In this document: positions 16,365-25,766 of the stretch, in pieces | Layout of the letters: each line of letters starts with the position of its first letter | Numbering within the stretch: the first letter of the stretch is position 1 | Origin: Phage PEA2-3 | Length of the DNA: 52,770 nt | Sequence record: MW508890.1 | Direction: 5' to 3' (one strand) | The notes under the pieces: model-generated | Database searches by the model: none | Seen by the model: only the letters and a program-made list of their open reading frames with translations | Told to the model about the DNA's origin: nothing | Made by a program: the position numbers and the translations under genes

Positions 16365-18331
16365 TGAGCTTTTTATTCGATAGCTTCGAAGGTGCAAAGA
16401 ATGTTAAACCTATCAACCGTCCTATACCATACGTCAGGGATACTGGATGGAGGCCGCGCGCGCATTACCCGGACTTGTCTTCTGCAAAGATTATCGGTCT
16501 TGACTGTGAAACATACGACCCAGGGATGGATACAAATGGTAGTGGTTGGGCCAGGAGGGAGGGTCATATCGTTGGAGTTAGTATCGCTACGGACAACGGC
16601 TTCAAAGCTTACTACCCAATCAGACACGAGCTCGGCGAAGAGGATAACCTTCCAGCTGAGGAAGTACTTGGTTGGCTTCGGCTCGAACTCTCGCGACCTA
16701 ACCAAGTTAAAGTCGGTGCTAACATCACATATGACTTGGGCTGGCTTGCAGCAGAAGGCGTGGAAGTTAAAGGATTGTGCATGGATGTACAATTCGCGGA
16801 AGCATTACTTGACCCAGGCGCGCGTGTTGCACTTGAAGGACTTGGACGAAAATATGTAGGCGAAGGTAAAGACTCAGCCGAGATGTACCAATGGATTTCA
16901 GATGCTTATGGCTGTAAGCCAACAGGTGAAGCCAGAAAGTACATCTACAAAACGCCTCCTCGTCTTGTGGGTTACTATGCTGAATCTGACGCCGACTTAC
17001 CAATACACATTATCAAAGCCCAGTGGCCATTGTTAAGTCGCTGGTGTTTAACAGACGTATTCTATATGGAGTGCAAGCTCATTCCATTAATGCTTAAGAT
17101 GCGTTTTGCTGGTGTGCGTGTTGACCTTGACAAAGCCAAAGAGGCGGATGATACGCTTAGCGCTGAAATAAGGAAAATGCACCAGCAGATTAAAGACCAG
17201 ATTGGCTTTAACATTAACGTTAACTCAGGTCCGGACTTAGCTCTTGCATTTGACCATCTTGGTCTGGAGTACTTCAGAACAGCGGCGGGCAATCCGTCGT
17301 TTACGGCAGACTTCTTAGCAGGCTTACACCATCCGTTTGCGGAACTGGTGTCTGAGATTAAGTCTTATGAGAAAATCCAGTCCACGTTTATTCGTGGCTA
17401 TATATTGGGGATGAATACAAATGGCTTCCTTCACGGTCAATTCCATCAAATGCGCGGTGATGACGGTGGAACCGTTAGTGGTCGGTTTAGCTCATCTGAC
17501 CCTAATCTGCAGAATATACCGTCTAGACACAAAATACTGGGACCACTCCTTCGTGCTTGTTTCGTACCGGATGTCGGACACAGATGGGGATCAGCAGACT
17601 ACGCCCAAATTGAATATCGATTCATGGCGCATTTTGCAGTCGGCCCGGGCGCTGATGAGTTACGAGCAATTTTCGCGGCTAACCCGGAAGCAGATTACCA
17701 CAATGTTATGGTCGATATTATCAAGGAAGCCTCAGGTCACGTTATAGAACGTAAACCGGCTAAGACCATCAACTTTGGTTTGTTGTACGGCATGATGCTT
17801 AATGCTCTTGCCCGTAAGTTAGCAATGACGCCTGAAGAAGCAGAACCTGTTCTGAAGGCGTACCATCAGGGTGCACCATTCATTGGTGCTACCATGAAGC
17901 ATTATGAAGATTTATGTTATAGCCAGGGTTATGTAGAAACCTTTATGGGCCGGAAGACGTGGTTCAACAAATGGGTCCCAAAACGTGGTGGATTCGGGAA
18001 GATGCCTTTGCCATTTGAAGAAGCACGTCAGGAGTATGGTCCAAACATTAAACTGGCAGACACCCACAAAGCAATCAACCGAGTGCTGCAAGGGTCGTCA
18101 GCAGACCAGATGAAGTCTGCAATGCTGAAAGGGTATGAAGACGGTTACTTTGACGTGATTGGCGTACCTCGCCTGACGGTACACGATGAGCTTAACTTCT
18201 CTCTACCAACTGGTAAGCAAGCAGAAGATGGATTCTATGATTTCGTACGGGTCATGGAAACTGTGCTACCGCTTCGTGTACCTGTTCTTACTGATGCTAA
18301 GATAGAAAGTAACTGGGCAGAGGCACACTAA
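16364..18331 (+). CDS. DNA polymerase, family A (Pol I-like) with 3'-5' exonuclease-like N-terminal region
   Basis: Motif A DYAQIEYR, motif B RKPAKTINFGLLYGM, motif C VHDE; N-terminal DCETYD and YYAESDADL exo-like motifs. Confidence 0.9.
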   Translation: MSFLFDSFEGAKNVKPINRPIPYVRDTGWRPRAHYPDLSSAKIIGLDCETYDPGMDTNGSGWARREGHIVGVSIATDNGFKAYYPIRHELGEEDNLPAEEVLGWLRLELSRPNQVKVGANITYDLGWLAAEGVEVKGLCMDVQFAEALLDPGARVALEGLGRKYVGEGKDSAEMYQWISDAYGCKPTGEARKYIYKTPPRLVGYYAESDADLPIHIIKAQWPLLSRWCLTDVFYMECKLIPLMLKMRFAGVRVDLDKAKEADDTLSAEIRKMHQQIKDQIGFNINVNSGPDLALAFDHLGLEYFRTAAGNPSFTADFLAGLHHPFAELVSEIKSYEKIQSTFIRGYILGMNTNGFLHGQFHQMRGDDGGTVSGRFSSSDPNLQNIPSRHKILGPLLRACFVPDVGHRWGSADYAQIEYRFMAHFAVGPGADELRAIFAANPEADYHNVMVDIIKEASGHVIERKPAKTINFGLLYGMMLNALARKLAMTPEEAEPVLKAYHQGAPFIGATMKHYEDLCYSQGYVETFMGRKTWFNKWVPKRGGFGKMPLPFEEARQEYGPNIKLADTHKAINRVLQGSSADQMKSAMLKGYEDGYFDVIGVPRLTVHDELNFSLPTGKQAEDGFYDFVRVMETVLPLRVPVLTDAKIESNWAEAH

Positions 18332-18346
18332 TTAAAGGTCTATAAT

Positions 18347-18622
18347 ATGTCTAAGATAGGTTTAGAGTATGAAGTAGATGAAACGCTTAAGTTAAGGGCG
18401 AAGGAGATACTAGACGCCTCAGGCTGCACGTCAGGCCTGGACTGGTTTATGAAGATATTCCAGGAAGAACCAGAAGCTGTTGCCAAAAAGATTTACAAGA
18501 GTGATATTTTACGACAGGATATTCCTGTGCTGTGCTTCCAGATACGTGGCGAGGATGATTACTGGACGCAACAGCTATGCGATGAATTAGAAACCCTGTA
18601 TTGTGAAGAAGAGGGAAAATAA
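18347..18622 (+). CDS. Hypothetical protein
   Basis: 91-aa acidic ORF. Confidence 0.4.
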   Translation: MSKIGLEYEVDETLKLRAKEILDASGCTSGLDWFMKIFQEEPEAVAKKIYKSDILRQDIPVLCFQIRGEDDYWTQQLCDELETLYCEEEGK

Positions 18623-18846
18623 TGATTGAGACTATGCGCACATCGGACATTACTGATATGGCTTCTGAAGCTGAGCAAGTTGCCCGGGACGCAGCGCTGT
18701 CGAACCGTGTCAGATACACAGGCGTAAGCCCGCTGACGTGCTACCAGTGTGGGGAAGACATTGAAGAGAAACGACGTCAGCTCTTACCCGGTACAGTATT
18801 GTGTGCATCCTGCGCGCAGTATAACGAGAAGAAAGGAAAGCGATAA
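18622..18846 (+). CDS. TraR/DksA-family C4 zinc-finger protein
   Basis: CYQCGEDIEEKRRQLLPGTVLCASCAQYNE, the CxxC-N17-CxxC pattern of phage TraR-like proteins. Confidence 0.65.
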   Translation: MIETMRTSDITDMASEAEQVARDAALSNRVRYTGVSPLTCYQCGEDIEEKRRQLLPGTVLCASCAQYNEKKGKR

Positions 18847-19124
18847 TGAAAGTAGATTTTAAAGAAGTTAATGCTCTTGTTGATAAACTGGAGTATCATT
18901 TCTGGCAGGTACCGAATACAACTGTAACTGTATGTGTGGCAACACTGGATGGCTTCCAGTTAGGTGTAGGTACTTCTGGTTGTGTTGACCCTGCAGAGTT
19001 CAATGCAGACATCGGCAAACAAGTAGCTCAGGACAATGCGCTTGCACAGGCTAAAGACCAAATCTGGTTACTGAAGGGCGCTGCTTTACGCGCTGATATG
19101 TTCCCAGGCTTCCTGCAGGCTTAA
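18846..19124 (+). CDS. Hypothetical protein
   Basis: 92-aa ORF with RBS gaaaggaaagcgata; last gene of the plus-strand block. Confidence 0.45.
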   Translation: MKVDFKEVNALVDKLEYHFWQVPNTTVTVCVATLDGFQLGVGTSGCVDPAEFNADIGKQVAQDNALAQAKDQIWLLKGAALRADMFPGFLQA

Positions 19125-19130
19125 TCAAAT

Positions 19131-19158
19131 AAAGGGGCCATCACTCGGCCCCTTTGTT
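19131..19158. terminator. Bidirectional terminator between convergent blocks
   Basis: aaa-ggggcc-atcactc-ggcccc-tttgtt where the plus and minus blocks converge. Confidence 0.6.
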
Positions 19159-19416
19159 ACTCCAGTTAATTATGCTGTCCATCTTGTCCGCACAATCATC
19201 AAGAGCTGTTCCACGTTCAATAGCTAACTGACCTATTGCCTTCCAGGTGTTACCTGTTAATTCAGGCTTATGGCATTTAACCAGGTACGCACCAGGCGGA
19301 TAAACCTTGACTACCCTGTCAACATAAACAACTTCAGGCTTATCAGCGCATGAGTTCAAGAACGGCAGAAGGAGCAACGGTATTAGCGCACGAATCATAT
19401 TTTGTCGCTTCGTCAT
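19141..19416 (-). CDS. Outer-membrane spanin (o-spanin) lipoprotein
   Basis: Signal peptide MIRALIPLLLLPFLNSC with lipobox-like Cys, small Pro/Cys-containing mature part; starts inside the i-spanin ORF in another frame. Confidence 0.5.
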   Translation of the reverse strand: MTKRQNMIRALIPLLLLPFLNSCADKPEVVYVDRVVKVYPPGAYLVKCHKPELTGNTWKAIGQLAIERGTALDDCADKMDSIINWSNKGAE

Positions 19417-19672
19417 ATTTACCCTTCTTATCACGCAGTTGTTGTTCAAGTTCAGCTATCTTACTGGCGCGTTTGGCTGAGGCCTCACGTTCATCCTTTA
19501 CAGAATTAATCAGCGTTTGATTAGCAGCAGACAACTCGCCATTAGTCTTGTTAAGCTGTTTGATTATACCGTCGCGGTCGGTAATATCGCCTTTCAGCTC
19601 ACGTACCCACAAAGACAGGAACACAATGGCGATGCCAAGAATAACTGCAATTATTGCACCGGTTTTAGACAT
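19343..19672 (-). CDS. Inner-membrane spanin (i-spanin, Rz-like)
   Basis: N-terminal TM segment AIIAVILGIAIVFLSLWV then a coiled-coil-like charged periplasmic region; directly downstream of the endolysin. Confidence 0.55.
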   Translation of the reverse strand: MSKTGAIIAVILGIAIVFLSLWVRELKGDITDRDGIIKQLNKTNGELSAANQTLINSVKDEREASAKRASKIAELEQQLRDKKGKYDEATKYDSCANTVAPSAVLELMR

Positions 19673-20226
19673 AACGCCTTTTCCTTTTGCTTACGTATTG
19701 TCAAGCCCCTGTACTTACCACCCATATCCCAGTCCGTTATGCGGTTACACATTTCAGTCCAGTTTTGTTTACGAGCAGCAGTATATATTTTGGTAGGTGA
19801 ACCATCCTTGTTCTTACGGAGTCTAGTGCAACCATGGTTAAATACCATAGAGGTCATGGCGCTGAACTGGTTCGTGTTCATATCTTTACCGTGGAACCAG
19901 TCATTAACACATTTTTCGGCCTCTTGAATATTCTTGACCCAGCGGTCAGCAATCTCCTGGTCTGTCAGGCCTTCGCGCCGTACAGCGGGCTCATCGCTGT
20001 AGATGCGGCTACCAATGCCAACTGTTAAATAACCAGTAGGGCATACATACGGGTTACGCATACAACCTTCTGCATTACCGATTATTTCAAGACCTTCTTT
20101 ATTAGTACGGACATGCGTACTAGTCATCGACAATACAAGCCCGATGATAGCCAGCACGCTGCAACCTCCTTTAGTCGCTGCTGATTTCAGACTCACGCAA
20201 CACCTCTTCTTTCGATGCGACTTCAT
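19651..20226 (-). CDS. SAR endolysin, P1 Lyz-like lysozyme
   Basis: Weakly hydrophobic Gly/Ala-rich N-terminal segment with Cys; IGNAEGCMRNPYVCPTGYLTVGIG and FSAMTSMVFNHGC, RGLTIRKQKEKALCL match P1 Lyz as I recall it. Confidence 0.85.
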   Translation of the reverse strand: MKSHRKKRCCVSLKSAATKGGCSVLAIIGLVLSMTSTHVRTNKEGLEIIGNAEGCMRNPYVCPTGYLTVGIGSRIYSDEPAVRREGLTDQEIADRWVKNIQEAEKCVNDWFHGKDMNTNQFSAMTSMVFNHGCTRLRKNKDGSPTKIYTAARKQNWTEMCNRITDWDMGGKYRGLTIRKQKEKALCLKPVQ

Positions 20227-20431
20227 CCTCTATCGGCTTCTTACGATTGTAATAATCCGACATAATTTTGGTTCGCCGTGTTTGGTTATACGTAACAACA
20301 ATCAGCATCACCAAGGAACTGAGTATACCGATAAGAGTACCCCAATCACTTAGTGATAAAGTACTTACTGTTATTGTTACCCAAGCCACAAACTGGCCAA
20401 TAAGGGAAGACTTGTCGTTGTAGTCAAACAT
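20171..20431 (-). CDS. Holin (two-TMD, pinholin-like)
   Basis: Start set at ATG 20431 after ggagat; two hydrophobic segments and a charged C-terminal tail; directly upstream of the SAR endolysin. Confidence 0.5.
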   Translation of the reverse strand: MFDYNDKSSLIGQFVAWVTITVSTLSLSDWGTLIGILSSLVMLIVVTYNQTRRTKIMSDYYNRKKPIEDEVASKEEVLRESEISSD

Positions 20432-20533
20432 CCCATATCTCCGGTTTATTGTATACCCAGAGTGGATTATAGCACGACTCAAGCGTAAAAGAAACACTAC
20501 CAGCAACTGCACAAGCTTGCTGGTAGCAATTAG

Positions 20534-21037
20534 TTACGGTCGTACAGGCCAGTCGATATGCGGCGCATCTGACATAACAAGCAGCAACAAATCGGCACGG
20601 AATTTATGGAGAGCGATAATACGTTCCTCATCTTCTTCAGTGTCGAGTTGTCCTTCAACCCAAGCCTGTTCTTCCTGCAGGCGTTCTTCTGCAATCACCT
20701 TCTGCAGTTCAGAGTGCTTAACAAACTTGCCATTAACGTACGACCATTCGTAATAGCAATCCGCAAACTTAGCAACAGGGACAGACTCAACAATATGCAA
20801 ATCGCAATTAACAGGAAACAGTAGCGTAGGATCGTTAGCATACGCGGCAACAGCATTGTACTTGTCCACAACAATGTAATGAACCAGCTCTTTATTCTTA
20901 GCCAGCTCTTTAGCCAGCTTGCGCCAGTCATTACCATTGTTATCCTTGATGAATACAACGCCTTGCTTAATCAGCGGAAGTGTCTCCGCCGTCCTTTGTG
21001 GGTTGTATTCTGTAAAGTTGAAAAATGACAGTTGCAT
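20534..21037 (-). CDS. Tail fibre assembly protein-like (paralogue 2)
   Basis: 167 aa; paralogous to 21041..21583; ends in HIDWPVRP; downstream of the fibre gene. Confidence 0.5.
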   Translation of the reverse strand: MQLSFFNFTEYNPQRTAETLPLIKQGVVFIKDNNGNDWRKLAKELAKNKELVHYIVVDKYNAVAAYANDPTLLFPVNCDLHIVESVPVAKFADCYYEWSYVNGKFVKHSELQKVIAEERLQEEQAWVEGQLDTEEDEERIIALHKFRADLLLLVMSDAPHIDWPVRP

Positions 21038-21040
21038 GGT

Positions 21041-21583
21041 TTACTCCGGCATAGGTGGAACAACCATAGCGGAACCAAGGTTAATGTCAAGACGATTGAC
21101 AGCAATCCTGTAATCACGCCATTTAGCAAATAGCTCTTTTTCTTCATCGGTAGCATTGCCACTATCAACTGTGTCACGTAAAACACTGACCTTGGTCGAA
21201 GCGATGGACAGAGCTTGTTCTTTACGCTCACGAGCAATCTCCTTCATCATTGGTGCGTTAAGCGTAAACTCTTTACCGTCGAACAGCCATTCGCCAACAG
21301 TCTCGAAGATGTTGAAAGGCGGGTCATACGTTACAACCATATCGCAACCCACAGGATGGAACATAGTCGGGTCGGTATGTGCCGCAATTACAACTCCGTT
21401 CTTATCTACCTGCAAGAACGTTGCGCCTTCGTATTTGATAGCGAACTCTTTTGCGAGATTATACCAGTCGCGACCTTCCTCATCCTTGAGGAAGATTGCA
21501 CCAGCATTTACAATGTTCTCGTTCTCTTCTGTTACCTCAGGATGGTACATGGTAAAATTACGGAACACTTTATGCTTAGTCAT
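21041..21583 (-). CDS. Tail fibre assembly protein-like (paralogue 1)
   Basis: 180 aa; shares FLKDEEGRDWYNLAKEFA and AAHTDPTMFHPVGCDMV blocks with 20534..21037. Confidence 0.5.
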   Translation of the reverse strand: MTKHKVFRNFTMYHPEVTEENENIVNAGAIFLKDEEGRDWYNLAKEFAIKYEGATFLQVDKNGVVIAAHTDPTMFHPVGCDMVVTYDPPFNIFETVGEWLFDGKEFTLNAPMMKEIARERKEQALSIASTKVSVLRDTVDSGNATDEEKELFAKWRDYRIAVNRLDINLGSAMVVPPMPE

Positions 21584-21591
21584 AGTAACCT

Positions 21592-22932
21592 TTACGATAC
21601 GTTGCTTACGTTAATCCAAGTGCCGTTGATATAATACTGTAACGGCGCTGACCAGTATGTACCACCGCGCAGCTCTTTCTTATTGCCGAAGCGCCAGCCA
21701 GTCATTACATGCCCAGGGTAGAACGTTGACTCGGATACACCAGCAGCAATACGAGCGCCGAGTCGAATACCCCGAACGTTACCGGCTGAAGTATCGATAG
21801 GCTGCGGGTTGTTAGGTGAATATACTCTAACACCATTCTCGCATAAAATAAAGCTATTTGTGGTAGTTACTCGGCTGTTAAGACCATCCACCTGCAAAGC
21901 TACTGTACGGCGGTCGGCAATACCACCAGGGCGACATACCGCCATGTTAATCTGTGTAGCACCGCCAGCCACAAGGATGTGCTGGATGTGCGACATGGGT
22001 ACAGATCCCCAGCGAGCAGCAGTGACAACATTACTGTTAGCCGCGACAGAAACTGAAGTCAGCAACTCCTGAACAGCAGTACCACCTGCGATGTTACCAG
22101 AATACTCAACAGTACCTACGCCGGCGGAGTTAGCAGCACGTAGCAAGTCGGAAGTAGTACGTGCAATATGCAGCCAGCCAACAGTACCTAAGTTACCGCG
22201 GATTGAGTCAGAACCATCCATAGGGATGAAGTCCTGGTTAATACCCAGCTCAGCTGCCGTAGGTTTATTATCAGGCCCGTAAGAGTATGACCATCCGCCC
22301 CAGGTATTATTAACCTTCTCGCGCATGGCTATTACGCGCTTACCCTTGGTGCGTCCCCACTGTGAAGCGTTTTTCTCATCCCAGTTGATATGCAGAATCT
22401 CAGTCTCAACGCCGTTAGTAGGTCCGCCAGTACCTGTCGCTGGAAGCTGGTAGATACCGTCGTTTACAATGCTGTTAGCATTAGCAACTACCTCAGCGTT
22501 GCCACCTAAACCAAATGCACCGACCTGGATTACGTTACCAGAGGCTTTACCAACCTGTCGTGCTGCCGCAGTTGCTGCAGTCAGGTCAAGTACAGGGCGC
22601 CACTGTGTAGGGTTAGCAGACGGTGGCATATTAATGTTCTGCACCAGACAACGGTACAGCATATTGTCGGCGTTAACTTTAACCAGTGCACCAACCGGGT
22701 AGGTCTCAGTTTCTACCCATATATCAACACCCTGCTGAAGGATGTAGTGGATACCTTTGTCAGTACGGTTACCGATAAAGTTAAACCACTCCATCGGAGG
22801 AATACCTTCCGAGTAGCCAAGGGTTGCACCCCAGCCTCGAGCAAGGTCACCGAACGGCAGCAGTTCACCAGTACCCGCGGAGCTGGCGAAGATGTCGTTA
22901 TCGGGTCTTGTTTGTACATCAGCCATATACAT
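21592..22932 (-). CDS. Tail fibre protein
   Basis: 446 aa, Gly/Asn/Thr/Ser-rich, downstream of the baseplate genes and upstream of the assembly-protein paralogues. Confidence 0.55.
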   Translation of the reverse strand: MYMADVQTRPDNDIFASSAGTGELLPFGDLARGWGATLGYSEGIPPMEWFNFIGNRTDKGIHYILQQGVDIWVETETYPVGALVKVNADNMLYRCLVQNINMPPSANPTQWRPVLDLTAATAAARQVGKASGNVIQVGAFGLGGNAEVVANANSIVNDGIYQLPATGTGGPTNGVETEILHINWDEKNASQWGRTKGKRVIAMREKVNNTWGGWSYSYGPDNKPTAAELGINQDFIPMDGSDSIRGNLGTVGWLHIARTTSDLLRAANSAGVGTVEYSGNIAGGTAVQELLTSVSVAANSNVVTAARWGSVPMSHIQHILVAGGATQINMAVCRPGGIADRRTVALQVDGLNSRVTTTNSFILCENGVRVYSPNNPQPIDTSAGNVRGIRLGARIAAGVSESTFYPGHVMTGWRFGNKKELRGGTYWSAPLQYYINGTWINVSNVS

Positions 22933-23578
22933 TCACCTGTGCTGGTAAGTTTACAGTAGCGTAACGGTACAGACTATCCGTGACGTCAACGCTCGTGTTA
23001 AGTTCAATCTTCACCCCTGTGGGGCGCGGAAGTATATCGTAGTTCTGAATCAGCACTTGCTTAAGTGGTGTCAGAGTACTGTATATCTCCAGAGTCATTG
23101 TCATATCTTCGTTGTCAGTTATAACGAAGTTATTCATTCCGAAGAATTCAATCAGGAAGTCAATTAGATACGGCATAGTACCGTCTTGCATGTTCTTCCA
23201 GATTTTCATCTTGATGTAAGTACGCAGGTCAATGTCGTCAAGAATTACCGGGTCCCATACTGATGCGCCGTAGCGATAGAACGGGCCACCTTTATTGCCA
23301 GACGAACCACCGAAGCCAAGCACGTCTGGTACTTTGTTGGTAAAGCCGAAGAACTTACGGTCTACGCCTTTCTTGAGAACACGAGATGCGCCGACGCGGG
23401 CTGCAACATTATCAAGACCTTTACCAAAAGCTTTATCGATATTAAGGCTATCAACAACTTGTTGGGCGCCGTCCCAGATACCTTGGATTGCATCATCGAA
23501 GCCCTTAATAGTTGCAACAGCTTTTGGCTTATCAGCGTACTGTTGAATAAGTAGTTTATGATATTCAGCCATCAGCAT
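22919..23578 (-). CDS. Baseplate protein (gpI-like position)
   Basis: 219 aa between J-like and fibre genes; by position only. Confidence 0.35.
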   Translation of the reverse strand: MLMAEYHKLLIQQYADKPKAVATIKGFDDAIQGIWDGAQQVVDSLNIDKAFGKGLDNVAARVGASRVLKKGVDRKFFGFTNKVPDVLGFGGSSGNKGGPFYRYGASVWDPVILDDIDLRTYIKMKIWKNMQDGTMPYLIDFLIEFFGMNNFVITDNEDMTMTLEIYSTLTPLKQVLIQNYDILPRPTGVKIELNTSVDVTDSLYRYATVNLPAQVNVYG

Positions 23579-24737
23579 TCACCACTGCAATAGTGATACG
23601 GTCTGCAGCGAATATTGCACGCTCAAGAGCAGTGATACGCAGAATCGTATCTGTCGACGGATTAGCTGATTTACCCACAAAGAAAGTCTTGATGTAGAAG
23701 TTAGGGCTTACGCCATTCGCTTCTTGAATCAGCTGACCCAGTTCGTAGGTTGATACCTCTTCACCGATATTGTATACCTTGGACAGAATAGCATTCTTAA
23801 TAAGTTCCTCGGAAACGTCGGTAAACAGTTCCTTACGGGCTACAACGAGTGAAGCATAAGCCTCAACATAAGTAGGCTGACTCCATTTCATTGTGCGCTG
23901 TGTACCTGACTTATCCGTAATCTGATAAGACACAGTGCCAATCTGCTTACAGCCATTAGTCTTACGACGGAAGATACAGTCAGCAATAGCAGCAGGCGAA
24001 CCACCGTCCACAACAATCTGCATACTGTGAGGAGGTAAGCCAGTTAACGGGTCCCGAGTATCTTCTTCGTTCTCGTAACCGTTACACGCGATAACATCAG
24101 TCATCTGACGAATCTCAGCAACAATACCGTCTAAGCTGTTCGTGCCAGGTTTGCCGTAAGAATTATACGCCCGGTCTATTGCCTCAGAGTCGAGCTCAGT
24201 GGACGCACCGCCAGACGACACTTGCATGTTGGTAACTTTACGTACACCAGAAACGATGGTCTGTGGCTTAAGCTCATCGTTTGCAAGTACGACAAAGCGG
24301 CCAGTCTTAACAGAACTGAAGCTTGTTTCGACTACACCGTTATCATCCAGCGCAACAGTGGAGTTAAGCTGGTACACGTTATTCGAGCTGTCAGTTACAT
24401 AGTAAGGAGTACGTATAATAGTGTTACGGTCACCTTCAATCTTAACCCTGGTCAACAGCGTTGACATCTCGCCTTTACGCTGAAGCGCTACGTAGGCAAG
24501 GAACTGGTCTACGTATACACCAGATGCCTGGTTAGGGTCAAGCATAGAAAACAGAATTGCAACTTGCTCGTCCTGGTCTGCAAACATCTGCGCCAGAATA
24601 CCAACCATTTGTCCGTCAGCAGACTTAGCTGACAAATCAATATCCGCGCCGTACACACGACGGAAGAGCGTTTCGAATCTGCTGATCCAGTCGTCGAGCT
24701 TGACGGGAACATAGCCTGTGCTAGTTACAGAGCCCAT
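23565..24737 (-). CDS. Baseplate J-like protein
   Basis: 390 aa downstream of the W/gp25-like gene; by size and order. Confidence 0.4.
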   Translation of the reverse strand: MGSVTSTGYVPVKLDDWISRFETLFRRVYGADIDLSAKSADGQMVGILAQMFADQDEQVAILFSMLDPNQASGVYVDQFLAYVALQRKGEMSTLLTRVKIEGDRNTIIRTPYYVTDSSNNVYQLNSTVALDDNGVVETSFSSVKTGRFVVLANDELKPQTIVSGVRKVTNMQVSSGGASTELDSEAIDRAYNSYGKPGTNSLDGIVAEIRQMTDVIACNGYENEEDTRDPLTGLPPHSMQIVVDGGSPAAIADCIFRRKTNGCKQIGTVSYQITDKSGTQRTMKWSQPTYVEAYASLVVARKELFTDVSEELIKNAILSKVYNIGEEVSTYELGQLIQEANGVSPNFYIKTFFVGKSANPSTDTILRITALERAIFAADRITIAVVNADG

Positions 24738-25108
24738 CAGTTTTCTCCGGTTAAATTAATACTTCTGTTAATAGAGGTTGTGTTGTGGTAAATATCATTA
24801 ACCTCAACCGAATAAACAGCGTGACGTGAGTCAGGGTCGAAGCTTAGGGTAAAGCTCTCGATAGAACTAACTCCATACTCCGCAAGTATTGCTGTCTTGA
24901 TTGCAGCCTCCAGGTCAGCCCATCGAACAGGCTTCTCCATTAGTCCGAACCAGTCAATGCCATAGTCCAGGTCATGTACCCAGTCCATAGTATAACAGCG
25001 GAGTATCTGCACGATGCGTTGTTCAATGGACTCAGACGTATCGGCGTAGTCAAGTCGGCCACGCCCAAAATTCCAGTCCCAGTTTGAATCGAGTCGTCTA
25101 GTTCGCAT
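24737..25108 (-). CDS. Baseplate wedge protein (gp25/W-like)
   Basis: 123 aa; IEQRIVQILRCYTMDWVHDLDYGIDWFG loosely fits the gp25-like pattern; position between spike and J. Confidence 0.4.
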   Translation of the reverse strand: MRTRRLDSNWDWNFGRGRLDYADTSESIEQRIVQILRCYTMDWVHDLDYGIDWFGLMEKPVRWADLEAAIKTAILAEYGVSSIESFTLSFDPDSRHAVYSVEVNDIYHNTTSINRSINLTGEN

Positions 25109-25118
25109 TGTGGGTTAC

Positions 25119-25766
25119 CTAGTTTTGCGGGCCATTAGTAATACCACCACCATCACCGTTTTCTTGGTGTCTGTGTTTGGACATCTTAACGCCGCCAATG
25201 TCAACTTCTTTAAACTTGGCCACTGTGTTTGGTGCATTAAGTGTTGGTGTATCAAGCAAGTCCACTGCTGTAGCCTTTATCGATACCTTGCCAGCATTAT
25301 TAATATTGATATAGTGACTGCCGTCAACCTTACGGATAGTTACACCTTCCATCCAGTTTGTTATCTTCAGAGGCTTAGGTCTGAAGCCCACAAGACAGAA
25401 GCAGTCAGACAGGTCATTCTGGCGGAAGTCACCTGGTATAGCGTTTTCAGCCAGCTCATACCATACGTCAATACATCTGTCGGCAACAAGAAGTAAGCAC
25501 GGGTCGCCTTTCTTTGGTTCAAGCGTTATAACAAAATCACCACCGCCTAGCTGGAACAAAGGAACATCAGCTGCTGGTGGTAGCGGTCTCATTGAACCAT
25601 CTTCGTTTTCGGCACTAACCATAGGTTCAACAACAACAGTCTGTAGGTTGCTGTTAAACGATACTATGCGGCCAGGTAAACAGTGGCGCTTACCAATCAT
25701 TGCAGCAAACAGTGCAGCCTCAATGGCCTCGTCAAGTGTTGCTGTGTTATAGTCAATAGCTGACAT
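25119..25766 (-). CDS. Baseplate central spike (gpV/gp45-like)
   Basis: 215 aa; GRIVSFN...VPLFQLGGGDFVITLEPKKGD OB-fold-like N-terminus; C-terminal KHRHQENGDGGG His-containing tip. Confidence 0.5.
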   Translation of the reverse strand: MSAIDYNTATLDEAIEAALFAAMIGKRHCLPGRIVSFNSNLQTVVVEPMVSAENEDGSMRPLPPAADVPLFQLGGGDFVITLEPKKGDPCLLLVADRCIDVWYELAENAIPGDFRQNDLSDCFCLVGFRPKPLKITNWMEGVTIRKVDGSHYININNAGKVSIKATAVDLLDTPTLNAPNTVAKFKEVDIGGVKMSKHRHQENGDGGGITNGPQN

